The notes under the pieces were generated by a model. It searched no databases, was not told the DNA's origin, and worked only from the letters and a program-made list of their open reading frames with translations. The position numbers and the translations under genes are program-made. A stretch of DNA of 55,890 nucleotides, from positions 1 through 55,890 of the IMG/VR virus record IMGVR_UViG_3300030095_004334. The stretch is one strand, 5' to 3'. This stretch comes from a virus (taxonomy: Duplodnaviria > Caudoviricetes). The first letter of the stretch is position 1. Each line of letters starts with the position of its first letter. Of the stretch, positions 1 to 8,833 are shown one piece after another.

Positions 1-65
1 CTGCCACTGATATCATCAATGACGGCAAAATTACCTTGAGCTGCGGGGTTTCCTAAATATGCCAT
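1..65 (-). CDS. Partial virion structural protein (N-terminus MAYLGNPAAQGNF, truncated by window edge)
   Basis: ATG at 65 overlaps the upstream stop (TAATG); N-terminus resembles MGYIGN of 3231..3668. Confidence 0.7.
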   Translation of the reverse strand, partial: MAYLGNPAAQGNFAVIDDISG

Positions 66-382
66 TATTTTGTTACCTCCGGTTTCTTTGGCCATGATGT
101 TGTATCAGGTTTTAAATACTCTTTAATTTGATCAACTGTTGTAAGACCGTTTGTTATATTTCTAAGACTCTCCCTATAAGATTTCCACTCCTCCGACATT
201 GTAACATCAGAATTTGCCATCCAATCGGATTCTTGTAAAATTGCATTTCTTTTATATCTTAATTGATTAAGCCATATACTTACTTCATTATCTGTAAATT
301 GTTTTTCTTCTGCATCTCTAGCTGCTTCTTCTTCCGCTGTAAATTGTATATGCTTACCTTCTATTAAATGATACCTAGGCAT
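65..382 (-). CDS. Tail fibre assembly chaperone-like protein
   Basis: LRxKRNxxLxESDW...WKxYRxxLRxI...WPxKP pattern typical of phage tail assembly chaperones; lies among fibre genes. Confidence 0.75.
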   Translation of the reverse strand: MPRYHLIEGKHIQFTAEEEAARDAEEKQFTDNEVSIWLNQLRYKRNAILQESDWMANSDVTMSEEWKSYRESLRNITNGLTTVDQIKEYLKPDTTSWPKKPEVTK

Positions 383-1016
383 TTGACAATCCGTATAAAT
401 TAAATCTACCTGATGTTATAGTACCTGTGTTAGGAAAAAAGTATATACCATGAATAGCTTCTGTGTTTGCTGTGTAAGAGCCACTAGTTACATTTTGTTG
501 TTGTGATCTCGAAGAATCCTGTGTTCCCGAAATAAATTGTGTTGTTTTATATCTGCTTGTTTCACTTGGATTATAAACATACATAGTAAAATAACCATTT
601 TCTCCATCTGAGGTTCCCATACTTTCGCCAATGTAAGGTATTTGAGCATCACCTTCTGATACATACCCACTTACTGTAGAACTTCCTGAATACATTCTCG
701 TTCTAACATATCTGTAATAACTATCGCTTTTCGTCCCACTAGATAAAGTATATCTAACATGAAGATTATTTCCATCTCCTGACATAATAATATTGCTACC
801 TTGAATCATGTAAATTTTATATGTAGATGAAAAAAGACTTGAACTACCAACGGTAACTGTACTTGAACTACTTGCGTCTTGACCCTGAAGAAATGTCATT
901 CCTTGAGGTGTACCAGTAATAGTACCAGTAAAAGCATAATTCTCAGTTAAGTCTAGCTTAGTATTTCCTACTGCATCGTCCGCTATCCCCGCTGTTGGTA
1001 TCGTTGTTACTGTCAT
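375..1016 (-). CDS. Tail fibre-associated protein
   Basis: S/T/G-rich, IADDAVGNTKL repeat unit, C-terminal GTITSGRFNLYG; tightly coupled to neighbours. Confidence 0.65.
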   Translation of the reverse strand: MTVTTIPTAGIADDAVGNTKLDLTENYAFTGTITGTPQGMTFLQGQDASSSSTVTVGSSSLFSSTYKIYMIQGSNIIMSGDGNNLHVRYTLSSGTKSDSYYRYVRTRMYSGSSTVSGYVSEGDAQIPYIGESMGTSDGENGYFTMYVYNPSETSRYKTTQFISGTQDSSRSQQQNVTSGSYTANTEAIHGIYFFPNTGTITSGRFNLYGLSNA

Positions 1017-1540
1017 TAGTCTAATATCTCCATTAGTGTAACTGAAGTTTCTATACTACCTACTCCAAGATAACCAGTTCCCGAACTTACTTTCATATAT
1101 ATTGAGTATGCAGTTGATGATGAATTTGATGGTGAATCTAAGGTACTCATTGATATTGACCCATGGTCATTTGAACCTCCTGCTCTTAAAAAAATAATTC
1201 CATCTGAAGTACCTAAGTTTGTTGAATCTCTATAAATTGTATACTTAGTTTGTGCACCACTTGTACTATTTCCTCCACTTGAACTTACTAAAACTAATAT
1301 TTTTGATGATGAAGATGAAGGAGTTATGCTTACACTTGTTCCAGTTGCTTGAACAAATGATGTAGATGTTGTTGTAAATTCATCAGTTTTTGTGCCTGTA
1401 ACTACTTGACCTATTTTACCAAAGCCTGATGTCTTTGCACCTGAGGCAATACCTAATGTACCGCCACTCTCACCAAGAGTAATAGTCTTCGTAGCGTCTG
1501 TGCCGAGAGGCGAGATTGTTGATACTTTTAATGTGCTCAT
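1016..1540 (-). CDS. Short tail fibre/receptor-binding paralog, type A
   Basis: Shared N-terminal MSTLKVSTI..TLG motif; paralog of 2126..2677. Confidence 0.65.
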   Translation of the reverse strand: MSTLKVSTISPLGTDATKTITLGESGGTLGIASGAKTSGFGKIGQVVTGTKTDEFTTTSTSFVQATGTSVSITPSSSSSKILVLVSSSGGNSTSGAQTKYTIYRDSTNLGTSDGIIFLRAGGSNDHGSISMSTLDSPSNSSSTAYSIYMKVSSGTGYLGVGSIETSVTLMEILD

Positions 1541-1541
1541 T

Positions 1542-2126
1542 CTATGTATCTCCTAATCTAATAAACTGTGAACAAGTTCTATTATAACCTGTATTTCCTC
1601 TTACGTCTGATGCAAATTCACAATTAGCTACGAATTTAACTTTATGTGTAGAGGTAGATGTAACATCGAATTGATGATAAATAGTAACTATGCCATATCC
1701 ATTTGAGTGATATATAGAATTATAACCCTCTGCTGCATTACTGTAAGTTCCATTATCAGTGGTGGTTTGAATTATACCACCTGCATAAGTTGCTCCTTGT
1801 GAGGGTGAGTGTATCTGACAATTAAATATTAATAAATAAATACCAGTTTCTGGAAAAGTAAAAATGCCACTCGCTTGTGTCATAGCAGAGCCAATTACTC
1901 CAAAGCTATCAGTATCTGCTTGTTCCCAATTTGATGCTAATACTGTTTCTGTTGCTGCGCTTATTGCAGTATCTGCGTTCTGTCTCCACAAGTCTGCCAT
2001 TTTTACACCTGCAAAGTTCGCAGTTACTCCACTAGCTTTTGTTAGTGTGGTTAGATTACTTGAACCGAGTGTCAAGGTAGAAGTTCCGCTTCTAGTGTCT
2101 ATGGTATCCACGAGTATCTTTGACAT
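1542..2126 (-). CDS. Short tail fibre paralog with C1q/TNF-like head (type B)
   Basis: Shared N-terminal motif; GIFTFPETGIYLL resembles the C1q FTxPxxGxY motif. Confidence 0.55.
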   Translation of the reverse strand: MSKILVDTIDTRSGTSTLTLGSSNLTTLTKASGVTANFAGVKMADLWRQNADTAISAATETVLASNWEQADTDSFGVIGSAMTQASGIFTFPETGIYLLIFNCQIHSPSQGATYAGGIIQTTTDNGTYSNAAEGYNSIYHSNGYGIVTIYHQFDVTSTSTHKVKFVANCEFASDVRGNTGYNRTCSQFIRLGDT

Positions 2127-2677
2127 TAGTCTAAAATCTCCATTAGTGTTATAGATGATGACATAGTTCTTACACTTGTGTCTGCTCTTCTATTTAATTG
2201 TGCAGTTCCACTTGTAGATGCCATTTGCATCTTATATGTTGTAGAACTTGTTGTTGATGGACTGTCTAAAAAATGATGACCAAAAAGTATAACATCAGAA
2301 TTTGCAGCCATATTAGTCATCATAAAATTATTACTTGTGCCACCACCAGTCCCTTGACCTATTTCTGTAGACCCTCTTAACAAACTTAATAAAACATTAT
2401 GTCCACCAGTTCCTGAACTTACGCCACCACATACATAAATTAATATTTTAGAACTAGTTGTGCTAGGTGTTATAGATGCACTAAAACCAGTTATATCTAC
2501 TAATGAAGATGATGATGTGCCAAAGGTGTCATTTTTAAAAGTTGAAACGACTTGACCAATCTTACCAAACCCTGAAGTCTTCGCTCCTGAAGTTAAGGAT
2601 ACTGTATCACCACTCGCTCCTAGCGTTAAGCTAGTCCCGGATTGTGGTTCTAAGTTATCTACAAATATTGTTCCCAT
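2126..2677 (-). CDS. Short tail fibre/receptor-binding paralog, type A
   Basis: GAKTSGFGKIGQVV, LDSPS and TLMEILD identical to 1016..1540. Confidence 0.65.
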   Translation of the reverse strand: MGTIFVDNLEPQSGTSLTLGASGDTVSLTSGAKTSGFGKIGQVVSTFKNDTFGTSSSSLVDITGFSASITPSTTSSKILIYVCGGVSSGTGGHNVLLSLLRGSTEIGQGTGGGTSNNFMMTNMAANSDVILFGHHFLDSPSTTSSTTYKMQMASTSGTAQLNRRADTSVRTMSSSITLMEILD

Positions 2678-3234
2678 TATGCTAATTTATAACCTCCAAA
2701 ATATGCACCATCTTTCAATAAAATCGTGCCTGCACCCACGTCTCCGTATGCAGAAAAATTCATTGTATCACTTGCACTCATGTCTGCTGTGACAGTAGCG
2801 TACCCACCCATAAAAAAATCAGGATACGAACCTGCATCTCTTCTAAAGTATCTGTCACTATCATCAGGATATGCGCCACTATCATTTTTTACAAAGTATA
2901 CTTGTGTTCTATATAAAGTGTTGTTGCTGTTATATAATTGAAAATATCCATAAAAAAAATATTTACCAGCCGATGGTGCGGTAAATTTATAAGTAGAGTT
3001 ATTATACGCAGAGTCAACATCATACTCCTCTGTACCTAAAGTTATTATTGTTTTCGTACTATCAGAAAGAGTTTGATCCGCAGAGTTCCTAGCCAAAAAA
3101 GCTGCACTATTACTTGGAAAGTTTGTTAGTGTAGCTCCTGATTTTAATGTTATTTGAGAACTGTTACTTGAACCTATAGTAATGTTGGAAGTTCCAGAAA
3201 CTGAATCAACGGTATTTACTTCAAGCGTACTCAT
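2677..3234 (-). CDS. Short tail fibre paralog with C1q/TNF-like head (type B)
   Basis: AAFLA...EEYDVDSAYNNSTYKFTAPSAGKYFF...YFGGYKL follows the C1q-domain pattern. Confidence 0.65.
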   Translation of the reverse strand: MSTLEVNTVDSVSGTSNITIGSSNSSQITLKSGATLTNFPSNSAAFLARNSADQTLSDSTKTIITLGTEEYDVDSAYNNSTYKFTAPSAGKYFFYGYFQLYNSNNTLYRTQVYFVKNDSGAYPDDSDRYFRRDAGSYPDFFMGGYATVTADMSASDTMNFSAYGDVGAGTILLKDGAYFGGYKLA

Positions 3235-3668
3235 ACGACTGTAAGATTACCCTCCACTGTGACGGTGCCTGTAAATGTTACGGGGCCTGCTAAAAATGCG
3301 TTATCACTTGCAGCTACTGCTACAGTTGATGTTATTGTCGCTAAGTTTTCATAGACTCCATTGAAGGATGTCATCATAGGAGCTGTAATAGATCCTGTGC
3401 CTGGTGTCTTAGTTCCAACAACACTATCTAAAAATATAATAAAACAACTATCACTGCTTGCTAAAGCTGTTGTGAAAGTTATTTGACTCCCGGAAACTGT
3501 ATAATCAGTTGTCGGTTTTTGACGAACTCCATTACGAAGAACTGCGATGTGTTCTGGATTAGACACACTTGTAGATATGGCATACGCTGTGCTGCCGTCT
3601 CCTGTTAATGTTTGTACACTTGTAGTAGATGTAAAATCTTTTGTTAAAATATTACCTATGTAACCCAT
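3231..3668 (-). CDS. Virion structural/tail protein
   Basis: GDGSTxY, VxxNGVxQxPxxDYTVSG beta-repeat common in marine phage tail proteins. Confidence 0.65.
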   Translation of the reverse strand: MGYIGNILTKDFTSTTSVQTLTGDGSTAYAISTSVSNPEHIAVLRNGVRQKPTTDYTVSGSQITFTTALASSDSCFIIFLDSVVGTKTPGTGSITAPMMTSFNGVYENLATITSTVAVAASDNAFLAGPVTFTGTVTVEGNLTVV

Positions 3669-3669
3669 T

Positions 3670-4017
3670 CTATGTAATCTCCATAATTGATACAGCTATG
3701 TCTGAAGAACCTGAAGCTGTTAAAGAAAGAGCATCACCTGCCTCCATAACTAACTTATTACCCGCCATTAGTTCTAGCGTACCACCTGCTGGAATCGGTG
3801 CATTGGTTACTAGTTCAACTGTTTGGTTATTTTCATTGTTAGCTCCTGATCTGCTACCTGTGCTAGAAGCCACGCTGATAGTTCCGGTAACTTGACTAGT
3901 TGTTGTATTACCTACCATTACACCAAGAACTACAGTCGTTGCACCACTTGCTACAGTATAGATAACATCAGCACTAGTTACGTTTGCCTTTGTCACTAAT
4001 TTAAATGTATTTGCCAT
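3670..4017 (-). CDS. Virion structural protein (paralog of 51963..52292)
   Basis: MAN...YTV...LVxExxxxxxxTA...SxxExT shared with 51963..52292; GGAGG RBS. Confidence 0.65.
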   Translation of the reverse strand: MANTFKLVTKANVTSADVIYTVASGATTVVLGVMVGNTTTSQVTGTISVASSTGSRSGANNENNQTVELVTNAPIPAGGTLELMAGNKLVMEAGDALSLTASGSSDIAVSIMEIT

Positions 4018-4040
4018 CTATATCCTCCTTCCTTTATATT

Positions 4041-5159
4041 CTATCCAAGGGCGATTGCAAGAGCTGTTGGATCTTCAGTAGAAAATCCTTGAGCTGTCAT
4101 CAACGTTACTACTCTAGATAATGCTGCTTTTTTATTCGTACCACCGGCACCATCATCCACTATAATTAAATCAGATGTTGTTAAGTCTGCTCCAATGTCG
4201 GAGCCACCATCTATTTCTAATGCTGTTAATGCTACTTTACCTGCTGTAGATATTGTAGCTAATTTTGTATCTGCAATCGCAGCACTTGATTTAATGTCTG
4301 CGTTTACAATGTTTGTAATTGTATTGTTATCTGAATCGATTGATTTGTTTGTAACTGTAGCGGTTGAGGTTGCTGAAAGTAATTTAGAACTACCACCACT
4401 ACTTGGTAGTGTTAAAGTGTTTGAAGCAGATTCAGAGTGCGGTGCACCTATTAATGTTTGTGCGTGAGCATTACTAGACTCACAATAAAATTTTATTTGT
4501 GAAACAAAAGAGCCATCATTTTTAAGATCAATAAGTCCACCAGAAACAAATAAATCATCTCCAACAGTTACATCACCAGAAACATCTAATTGACCATTAA
4601 GATCTACCGTGGTGGCAGCTATTTGAATTTCTGTATCTGCAAATAAATCTAACTGACCGTCTGCAGAAGAATTAATACCTAATGCTGAATCTCTAAAAAG
4701 TAATTTATTTGTACCATTTAAAGTTAAACCTGTGCCGTCTGTATGTGTTAAAGTTGTATCTGAATCAGCACCAAACTTTAAAACTGATGAGTCAGATCCT
4801 AGAATTAAATCATTAGGTAAAGTTACATCAGAGCTACCGTCTTCATGCACTGCTTTACTAGCAGGCATTGTACAAAATACATCTTTTGTACCAGCACTAA
4901 AATTAACAGCACTATCACTATTGGAGCTAGATATGATTGTACTTCTAGCTAATGTATCTGGGGCGGCATCTGTAATAGTACCTAAACCAATTTCAAATTC
5001 TGCTGAACTTCTATGAACAATAGCGTAATAGGTAGTATTACTATTTCCTATTCCTGCTACAAAAGTTTCAAAATTAGTTTGAGCACCACCTAAATTAATT
5101 GTACCTGTACCAGTAGTGGTAGTTGTCTCTTTAACTCTGTCGTTTAAAACTAAAGCCAT
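4041..5159 (-). CDS. Tail fibre protein
   Basis: MALVLNDRVKETTTTTGTG N-terminal attachment domain, S/T/G-rich body, C-terminal ALAIALG. Confidence 0.7.
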   Translation of the reverse strand: MALVLNDRVKETTTTTGTGTINLGGAQTNFETFVAGIGNSNTTYYAIVHRSSAEFEIGLGTITDAAPDTLARSTIISSSNSDSAVNFSAGTKDVFCTMPASKAVHEDGSSDVTLPNDLILGSDSSVLKFGADSDTTLTHTDGTGLTLNGTNKLLFRDSALGINSSADGQLDLFADTEIQIAATTVDLNGQLDVSGDVTVGDDLFVSGGLIDLKNDGSFVSQIKFYCESSNAHAQTLIGAPHSESASNTLTLPSSGGSSKLLSATSTATVTNKSIDSDNNTITNIVNADIKSSAAIADTKLATISTAGKVALTALEIDGGSDIGADLTTSDLIIVDDGAGGTNKKAALSRVVTLMTAQGFSTEDPTALAIALG

Positions 5160-5165
5160 AACCTA

Positions 5166-5591
5166 TTATGCGATTCTTATTATAGCTGTTGATGCTCCTG
5201 CTGCAGGAAATTGAATTGTAAAATCTCCGTTAGTAGCAGTTTTGGTTCCTCCAAAGTCTAGCACAACAACAAGCTTATCACTGTTTGTATCGTTATAAAT
5301 AACTGCACCGACTGCTGATAAAGTAACAGATGAAAAAACTTCGTCTGCAAAATCAACAAGGGCTGTATTACTTGCAACTGAAACAGCTTGACTATCTAGA
5401 ACATTTCCACCAGCAGTATAACTTGTACCTGAAGAAGAAACTTCATTAGTAGTAGAGTATGTAGTGCTTGATGTAGAGTATCCAGAGATGTCTGTGTATA
5501 AAGCTATTTTAAAACTATTGCCACCATTAGCAAAATTATGTGTGCCAGATAAGAGTTCTGATTTGAATGCATCTGGTATTATATTAGCCAT
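5166..5591 (-). CDS. Tail/adaptor structural protein
   Basis: FKxELLxGxHNF...FKIALY...LDFGGxK pattern seen in podovirus structural modules; AAGGAG RBS. Confidence 0.6.
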   Translation of the reverse strand: MANIIPDAFKSELLSGTHNFANGGNSFKIALYTDISGYSTSSTTYSTTNEVSSSGTSYTAGGNVLDSQAVSVASNTALVDFADEVFSSVTLSAVGAVIYNDTNSDKLVVVLDFGGTKTATNGDFTIQFPAAGASTAIIRIA

Positions 5592-5604
5592 TTATCGTCT
5601 CCTT

Positions 5605-6288
5605 TTATTTTATTTTCGGTTGTGGTGATTGTATATCTAAACGAATTGCACCACTTGTGTATTCGTCTCTGCGTCTTCGACCTTGTTGTTCTGCCGCAAA
5701 CGTTTGAAGTCCTTCTTGATAAGCACTCTCATACAGTTGTAACATATTATCCGGTCCTTTCAAGTACTTTAGAGTTTCCACCATACATCCATTAATAAGT
5801 AAATCTTGAAAATTATTTGATATATAAGTTGTAGTAGAATCAGAAGTAGTAATAGTATCAGGTTGTTTTATATAGGCTAGAGTTACAACATAAGCTGCAT
5901 CCGGAGTTGGAGCTACTACCCAATTATCAGAATCCCAATTAGCATAGTATTTAGGAGTACCATAATCACTAGCATTATCTGGATCAGGAAAATATTCTGC
6001 CAAAAAAGAAGAATCTACTTGTTCTAAAAAAAATTGATCTGAAGTTGTAGGATTTGTTAATTGAACATATCTAATAATTCTAGTATCGTTCGGAACAGTA
6101 ACATATCTATTACCTGTGGTTAAATCTGAAGTAGCATAAAATTTTGTATCATCAGAATCTACTGATCTAAAAATTCTATTTTCTACATTTTTAATTATCA
6201 CATTTAAAACAGTGTCAGTTAAAACATTACTATCTGTTTCAGAATAATTTCTTATATTTGTTCTTAATGTACTAAGATTCATTGTCAT
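5605..6288 (-). CDS. Head-tail adaptor/tail tubular-like protein
   Basis: GTPKYYA...APTPD..Y pattern; position after head genes. Confidence 0.6.
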   Translation of the reverse strand: MTMNLSTLRTNIRNYSETDSNVLTDTVLNVIIKNVENRIFRSVDSDDTKFYATSDLTTGNRYVTVPNDTRIIRYVQLTNPTTSDQFFLEQVDSSFLAEYFPDPDNASDYGTPKYYANWDSDNWVVAPTPDAAYVVTLAYIKQPDTITTSDSTTTYISNNFQDLLINGCMVETLKYLKGPDNMLQLYESAYQEGLQTFAAEQQGRRRRDEYTSGAIRLDIQSPQPKIK

Positions 6289-6788
6289 GCTGTGATTGTT
6301 GCGGGTCCTGCTGAAGCATTTCCGCCTCCTCCTTTTGTATTTCCAGTTGTTGCTGTGTTTGTATCGACACTAAAAGTATAACTATCATCATCTACTTTAG
6401 TAATAGAATATCCAACAGCTTTATTAATATTGCTTGCTAAGATACCATCAAAGCTTAAAACATTTCTAAATCTAACTGTATCACTAGTAGATCTACCATG
6501 ATTTATTTCTGTGACTGTTATAGTTGAAGAACTAGCACTACCTGTTTTAAAAGAATTAATATTTAATAATACAGGAACAGAGTTTTCTACTCTATCCGGT
6601 CTTGCATTTAATAATCCTTGAGGATCCGCTGCATGAGTTCGTGGTTCTAACTGAGGTTGTTTTGATTCATACTCTGACTTATGAACTAAAGCACCATTCC
6701 ATTCTCTTAACATTTCTCCATAAGGAAAAGCCATGCCACTTCTATCTGATATAGCTTTAGCATATTTACCTTTTGCGAAATTGCCCAT
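6285..6788 (-). CDS. Virion structural protein
   Basis: AxGKYAxAISDRSG N-terminus; HGxxxxDxV...ITxVDDDxYTF beta domain similar to a segment of 52456..54618. Confidence 0.55.
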   Translation of the reverse strand: MGNFAKGKYAKAISDRSGMAFPYGEMLREWNGALVHKSEYESKQPQLEPRTHAADPQGLLNARPDRVENSVPVLLNINSFKTGSASSSTITVTEINHGRSTSDTVRFRNVLSFDGILASNINKAVGYSITKVDDDSYTFSVDTNTATTGNTKGGGGNASAGPATITA

Positions 6789-6790
6789 AA

Positions 6791-7507
6791 TTAATTTGTA
6801 GGATAATAATTCTTAGGACTAATGTAAACACTAGTAGAAGAACTATCCTCTGTTAAAGCTCTTTGTAACTCATCTTCGTATAACATTTTTAAAGATTCAA
6901 TTCTATCAGGAGCTATCTTTAAACTCAGATAATACGCAAGACCTGAAATCATACATGGTATAAAACGAAAAACTACATCAGTTTCGTTTGTGTAAGCACT
7001 ACCTACATCTTCTATTCTTTTTAAATAATAAAATTTTAATAAATGAGTGGATCCAGAAAAAGTACTACTTGGTGTTTGATATAAAAAAATACTAGGTGAT
7101 GTAGTTCTATCTACATAATATTGACTAGGTGTTCCTTTAGACAATTTTGTTGCTAATGCAGCATAAGTTGATCTATCAATTTTACTTAAAGAAGTATCTA
7201 CAGGAGCTGTGCTTGTAGTATTATTTCTAACATATGCTTCTAAAATTTCATTAACACCTGTAGGAAAATTGGTGCTATCTGTTGTTGCGTTATATTCAGC
7301 CTGTCCTTCCACCAAAGGAACAGAAGCTAAATCTACTTTCCATAAATGAAGTCCTCTATTACCCCATTCTTGAAACATTATATTTAAAGAACGTCTTGCA
7401 CTTTTTAAACCGTAACCAGTTCTCAAAGACATACCACATCTTTCGTATGCTTCTTGAATTATTTCATCTATATCAAGATCAAAAGCTGTTGTACCGGATG
7501 TAGCCAT
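6791..7507 (-). CDS. Head-tail connector/adaptor protein
   Basis: TSGTxxFxLDxxExIxEAYERCG...ARRSLN...WxNRG...GTPSQYY; position. Confidence 0.6.
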   Translation of the reverse strand: MATSGTTAFDLDIDEIIQEAYERCGMSLRTGYGLKSARRSLNIMFQEWGNRGLHLWKVDLASVPLVEGQAEYNATTDSTNFPTGVNEILEAYVRNNTTSTAPVDTSLSKIDRSTYAALATKLSKGTPSQYYVDRTTSPSIFLYQTPSSTFSGSTHLLKFYYLKRIEDVGSAYTNETDVVFRFIPCMISGLAYYLSLKIAPDRIESLKMLYEDELQRALTEDSSSTSVYISPKNYYPTN

Positions 7508-7515
7508 TTTAAAAC

Positions 7516-7839
7516 TTACGCTCCTGTAATAGTTAAAGTAACGCTTCCGTCTGTTCCACTCGATTGAGTAAGTGTAGCAATAAGTCCGTCTTTAAATAAG
7601 ATACCTGAACCGGGAATATAAACTTCTAATCCTTCAGTTTCATATCTATAAATAGCTTTTAAATTACCACTGTCTGCTTCACCTGCAGTAGCTGCATCAT
7701 GTAAAGATAAAACAGAGCCTGCTTCACCTCTACCTTGAATAGATGTGACTCTAGTTCTACCTACTTTTAACGCAGAAGCTGCACCAGTAGTTTTATTAAG
7801 GGTCGTTTGATCACTTGAAAATGAACTTCCACCTGACAT
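7516..7839 (-). CDS. Small virion protein
   Basis: IPGxGILFxDG pattern; AAGGAG RBS. Confidence 0.55.
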   Translation of the reverse strand: MSGGSSFSSDQTTLNKTTGAASALKVGRTRVTSIQGRGEAGSVLSLHDAATAGEADSGNLKAIYRYETEGLEVYIPGSGILFKDGLIATLTQSSGTDGSVTLTITGA

Positions 7840-7862
7840 ATGTTATCTCCTTTTAAATTTGT

Positions 7863-7882
7863 GTGTGGGCCGAAGCCCACAC
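7863..7882 (-). terminator. cUUCGg hairpin (terminator or mRNA-stabilising)
   Basis: GTGTGGGC-TTCG-GCCCACAC 8-bp stem just after the stop of 7894..8412; no clear U tract. Confidence 0.5.
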
Positions 7883-7893
7883 TTAATTAATTA

Positions 7894-8412
7894 TTATGCG
7901 TCCGCAAACGGTGTTACTATTGTTCCTGATCCAATCAGTAAAGAACTGTGAACCAAGTATGTAGCAGTATCAATCGCTGTGAAAGATACAATACTACCCG
8001 CGATTCCACCTTTTGTAGAACCATTCATAGTAATAACGTCATTTGATGCTCCAGGTACAAAAGCTTTTTTCGCACCATCATCAACACCAATTAGAATAGC
8101 ACCTTTAAATTTATCAGTGCCATCTGTTAAGATGTCCATGTCAGTTGCAGCAGTTTCAACAAAAAAGTTAAAAGTTGCACCTATGTTATTTAAATTATCG
8201 AAATCTGTATCACCAGCAGTTCCAGCATTACTATTTACATTAATGCTTGGTAAAGTAAATTTACCATCAGCATCGTTGCATAGTAAAATCTTACCTGCGT
8301 GAGTTGCTACAGTTAAAGTTGTGTCGGCTGTTAAGCTAACACTCATACCAGGGCCAAAGTTTTGAAATCCATTTTTAGAAATAACTGGACCTGAAAATGT
8401 TGTTTTTGCCAT
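7894..8412 (-). CDS. Probable capsid decoration/head-associated protein
   Basis: MAKTTFSGPVxSxNGF N-terminus; GGAGG RBS; near capsid gene. Confidence 0.55.
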   Translation of the reverse strand: MAKTTFSGPVISKNGFQNFGPGMSVSLTADTTLTVATHAGKILLCNDADGKFTLPSINVNSNAGTAGDTDFDNLNNIGATFNFFVETAATDMDILTDGTDKFKGAILIGVDDGAKKAFVPGASNDVITMNGSTKGGIAGSIVSFTAIDTATYLVHSSLLIGSGTIVTPFADA

Positions 8413-8492
8413 TTTTTACCTCCGTAGTAAAATACATACAGTCTCTACGTGCGTCTGCTAGGTCAGTCTGCATGTTGTTTTATATTCCTAGA
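8413..8492 (-). ncRNA. Structured RNA element downstream of the major capsid gene (possibly the Rfam Mu-gpT-DE motif)
   Basis: ACAUGCAG/CUGUAUGU stem plus crossing CUAGG/CCUAG and CGUAG/CUACG pairings; TAGACT-N16-TATATT promoter directly upstream. Confidence 0.55.
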
Positions 8493-8523
8493 AGGTTAAA
8501 TATAAACGTTTTTATATATAAGT

Positions 8524-8709
8524 CTATTTAAAAAATAAATGACTTTCATAGTCTTGATGCCTCCATCTTAATTTTGCTGTTACTCTTTTAATTTTTTCTT
8601 CAATAGATTTCATTTCAAGAGTTTCTTTACCAGAATTAAGATACTGAGAATTCCACTGAGATTCGAGCTTAATTTTCTCAGCGATTAAAGACTGTGATAC
8701 TGCGGCCAT
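8524..8709 (-). CDS. Small hypothetical protein (moron-like), start refined to ATG 8709
   Basis: AGGAG RBS before MAAVSQ; own promoter after the capsid terminator. Confidence 0.65.
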   Translation of the reverse strand: MAAVSQSLIAEKIKLESQWNSQYLNSGKETLEMKSIEEKIKRVTAKLRWRHQDYESHLFFK

Positions 8710-8743
8710 AATATATCTCCTTGTCAATATTATCCGCTTTAAT

Positions 8744-8785
8744 TTTGTACATTAATTTCCCATAAAGTCAACTGATTTCCCATAA
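8744..8785 (-). promoter_or_regulatory. Sigma70-like promoter with two TTATGGGAAAT boxes
   Basis: TTGACT at 8771-8766 flanked on both sides by TTATGGGAAAT; -10 box weak. Confidence 0.5.
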
Positions 8786-8808
8786 AAAAAGGGGCCATAA
8801 GGCCCCTT
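8784..8808 (-). terminator. Rho-independent terminator of the capsid gene
   Basis: GGGGCC-TTAT-GGCCCC followed by T7. Confidence 0.9.
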
Positions 8809-8833
8809 CTAGAATTAGTTATAAAACTATTTA

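Noticed and set aside
1016-2677. Paralogous fibre gene ends as a DGR template/variable pair or shufflon
   Set aside because: No reverse transcriptase or invertase in the window; all copies are complete, co-oriented genes
8440-8470. CUGA...GAGAC as a hammerhead ribozyme core
   Set aside because: Lacks the full CUGANGA and GAAA consensus; kept only as a structured RNA candidate
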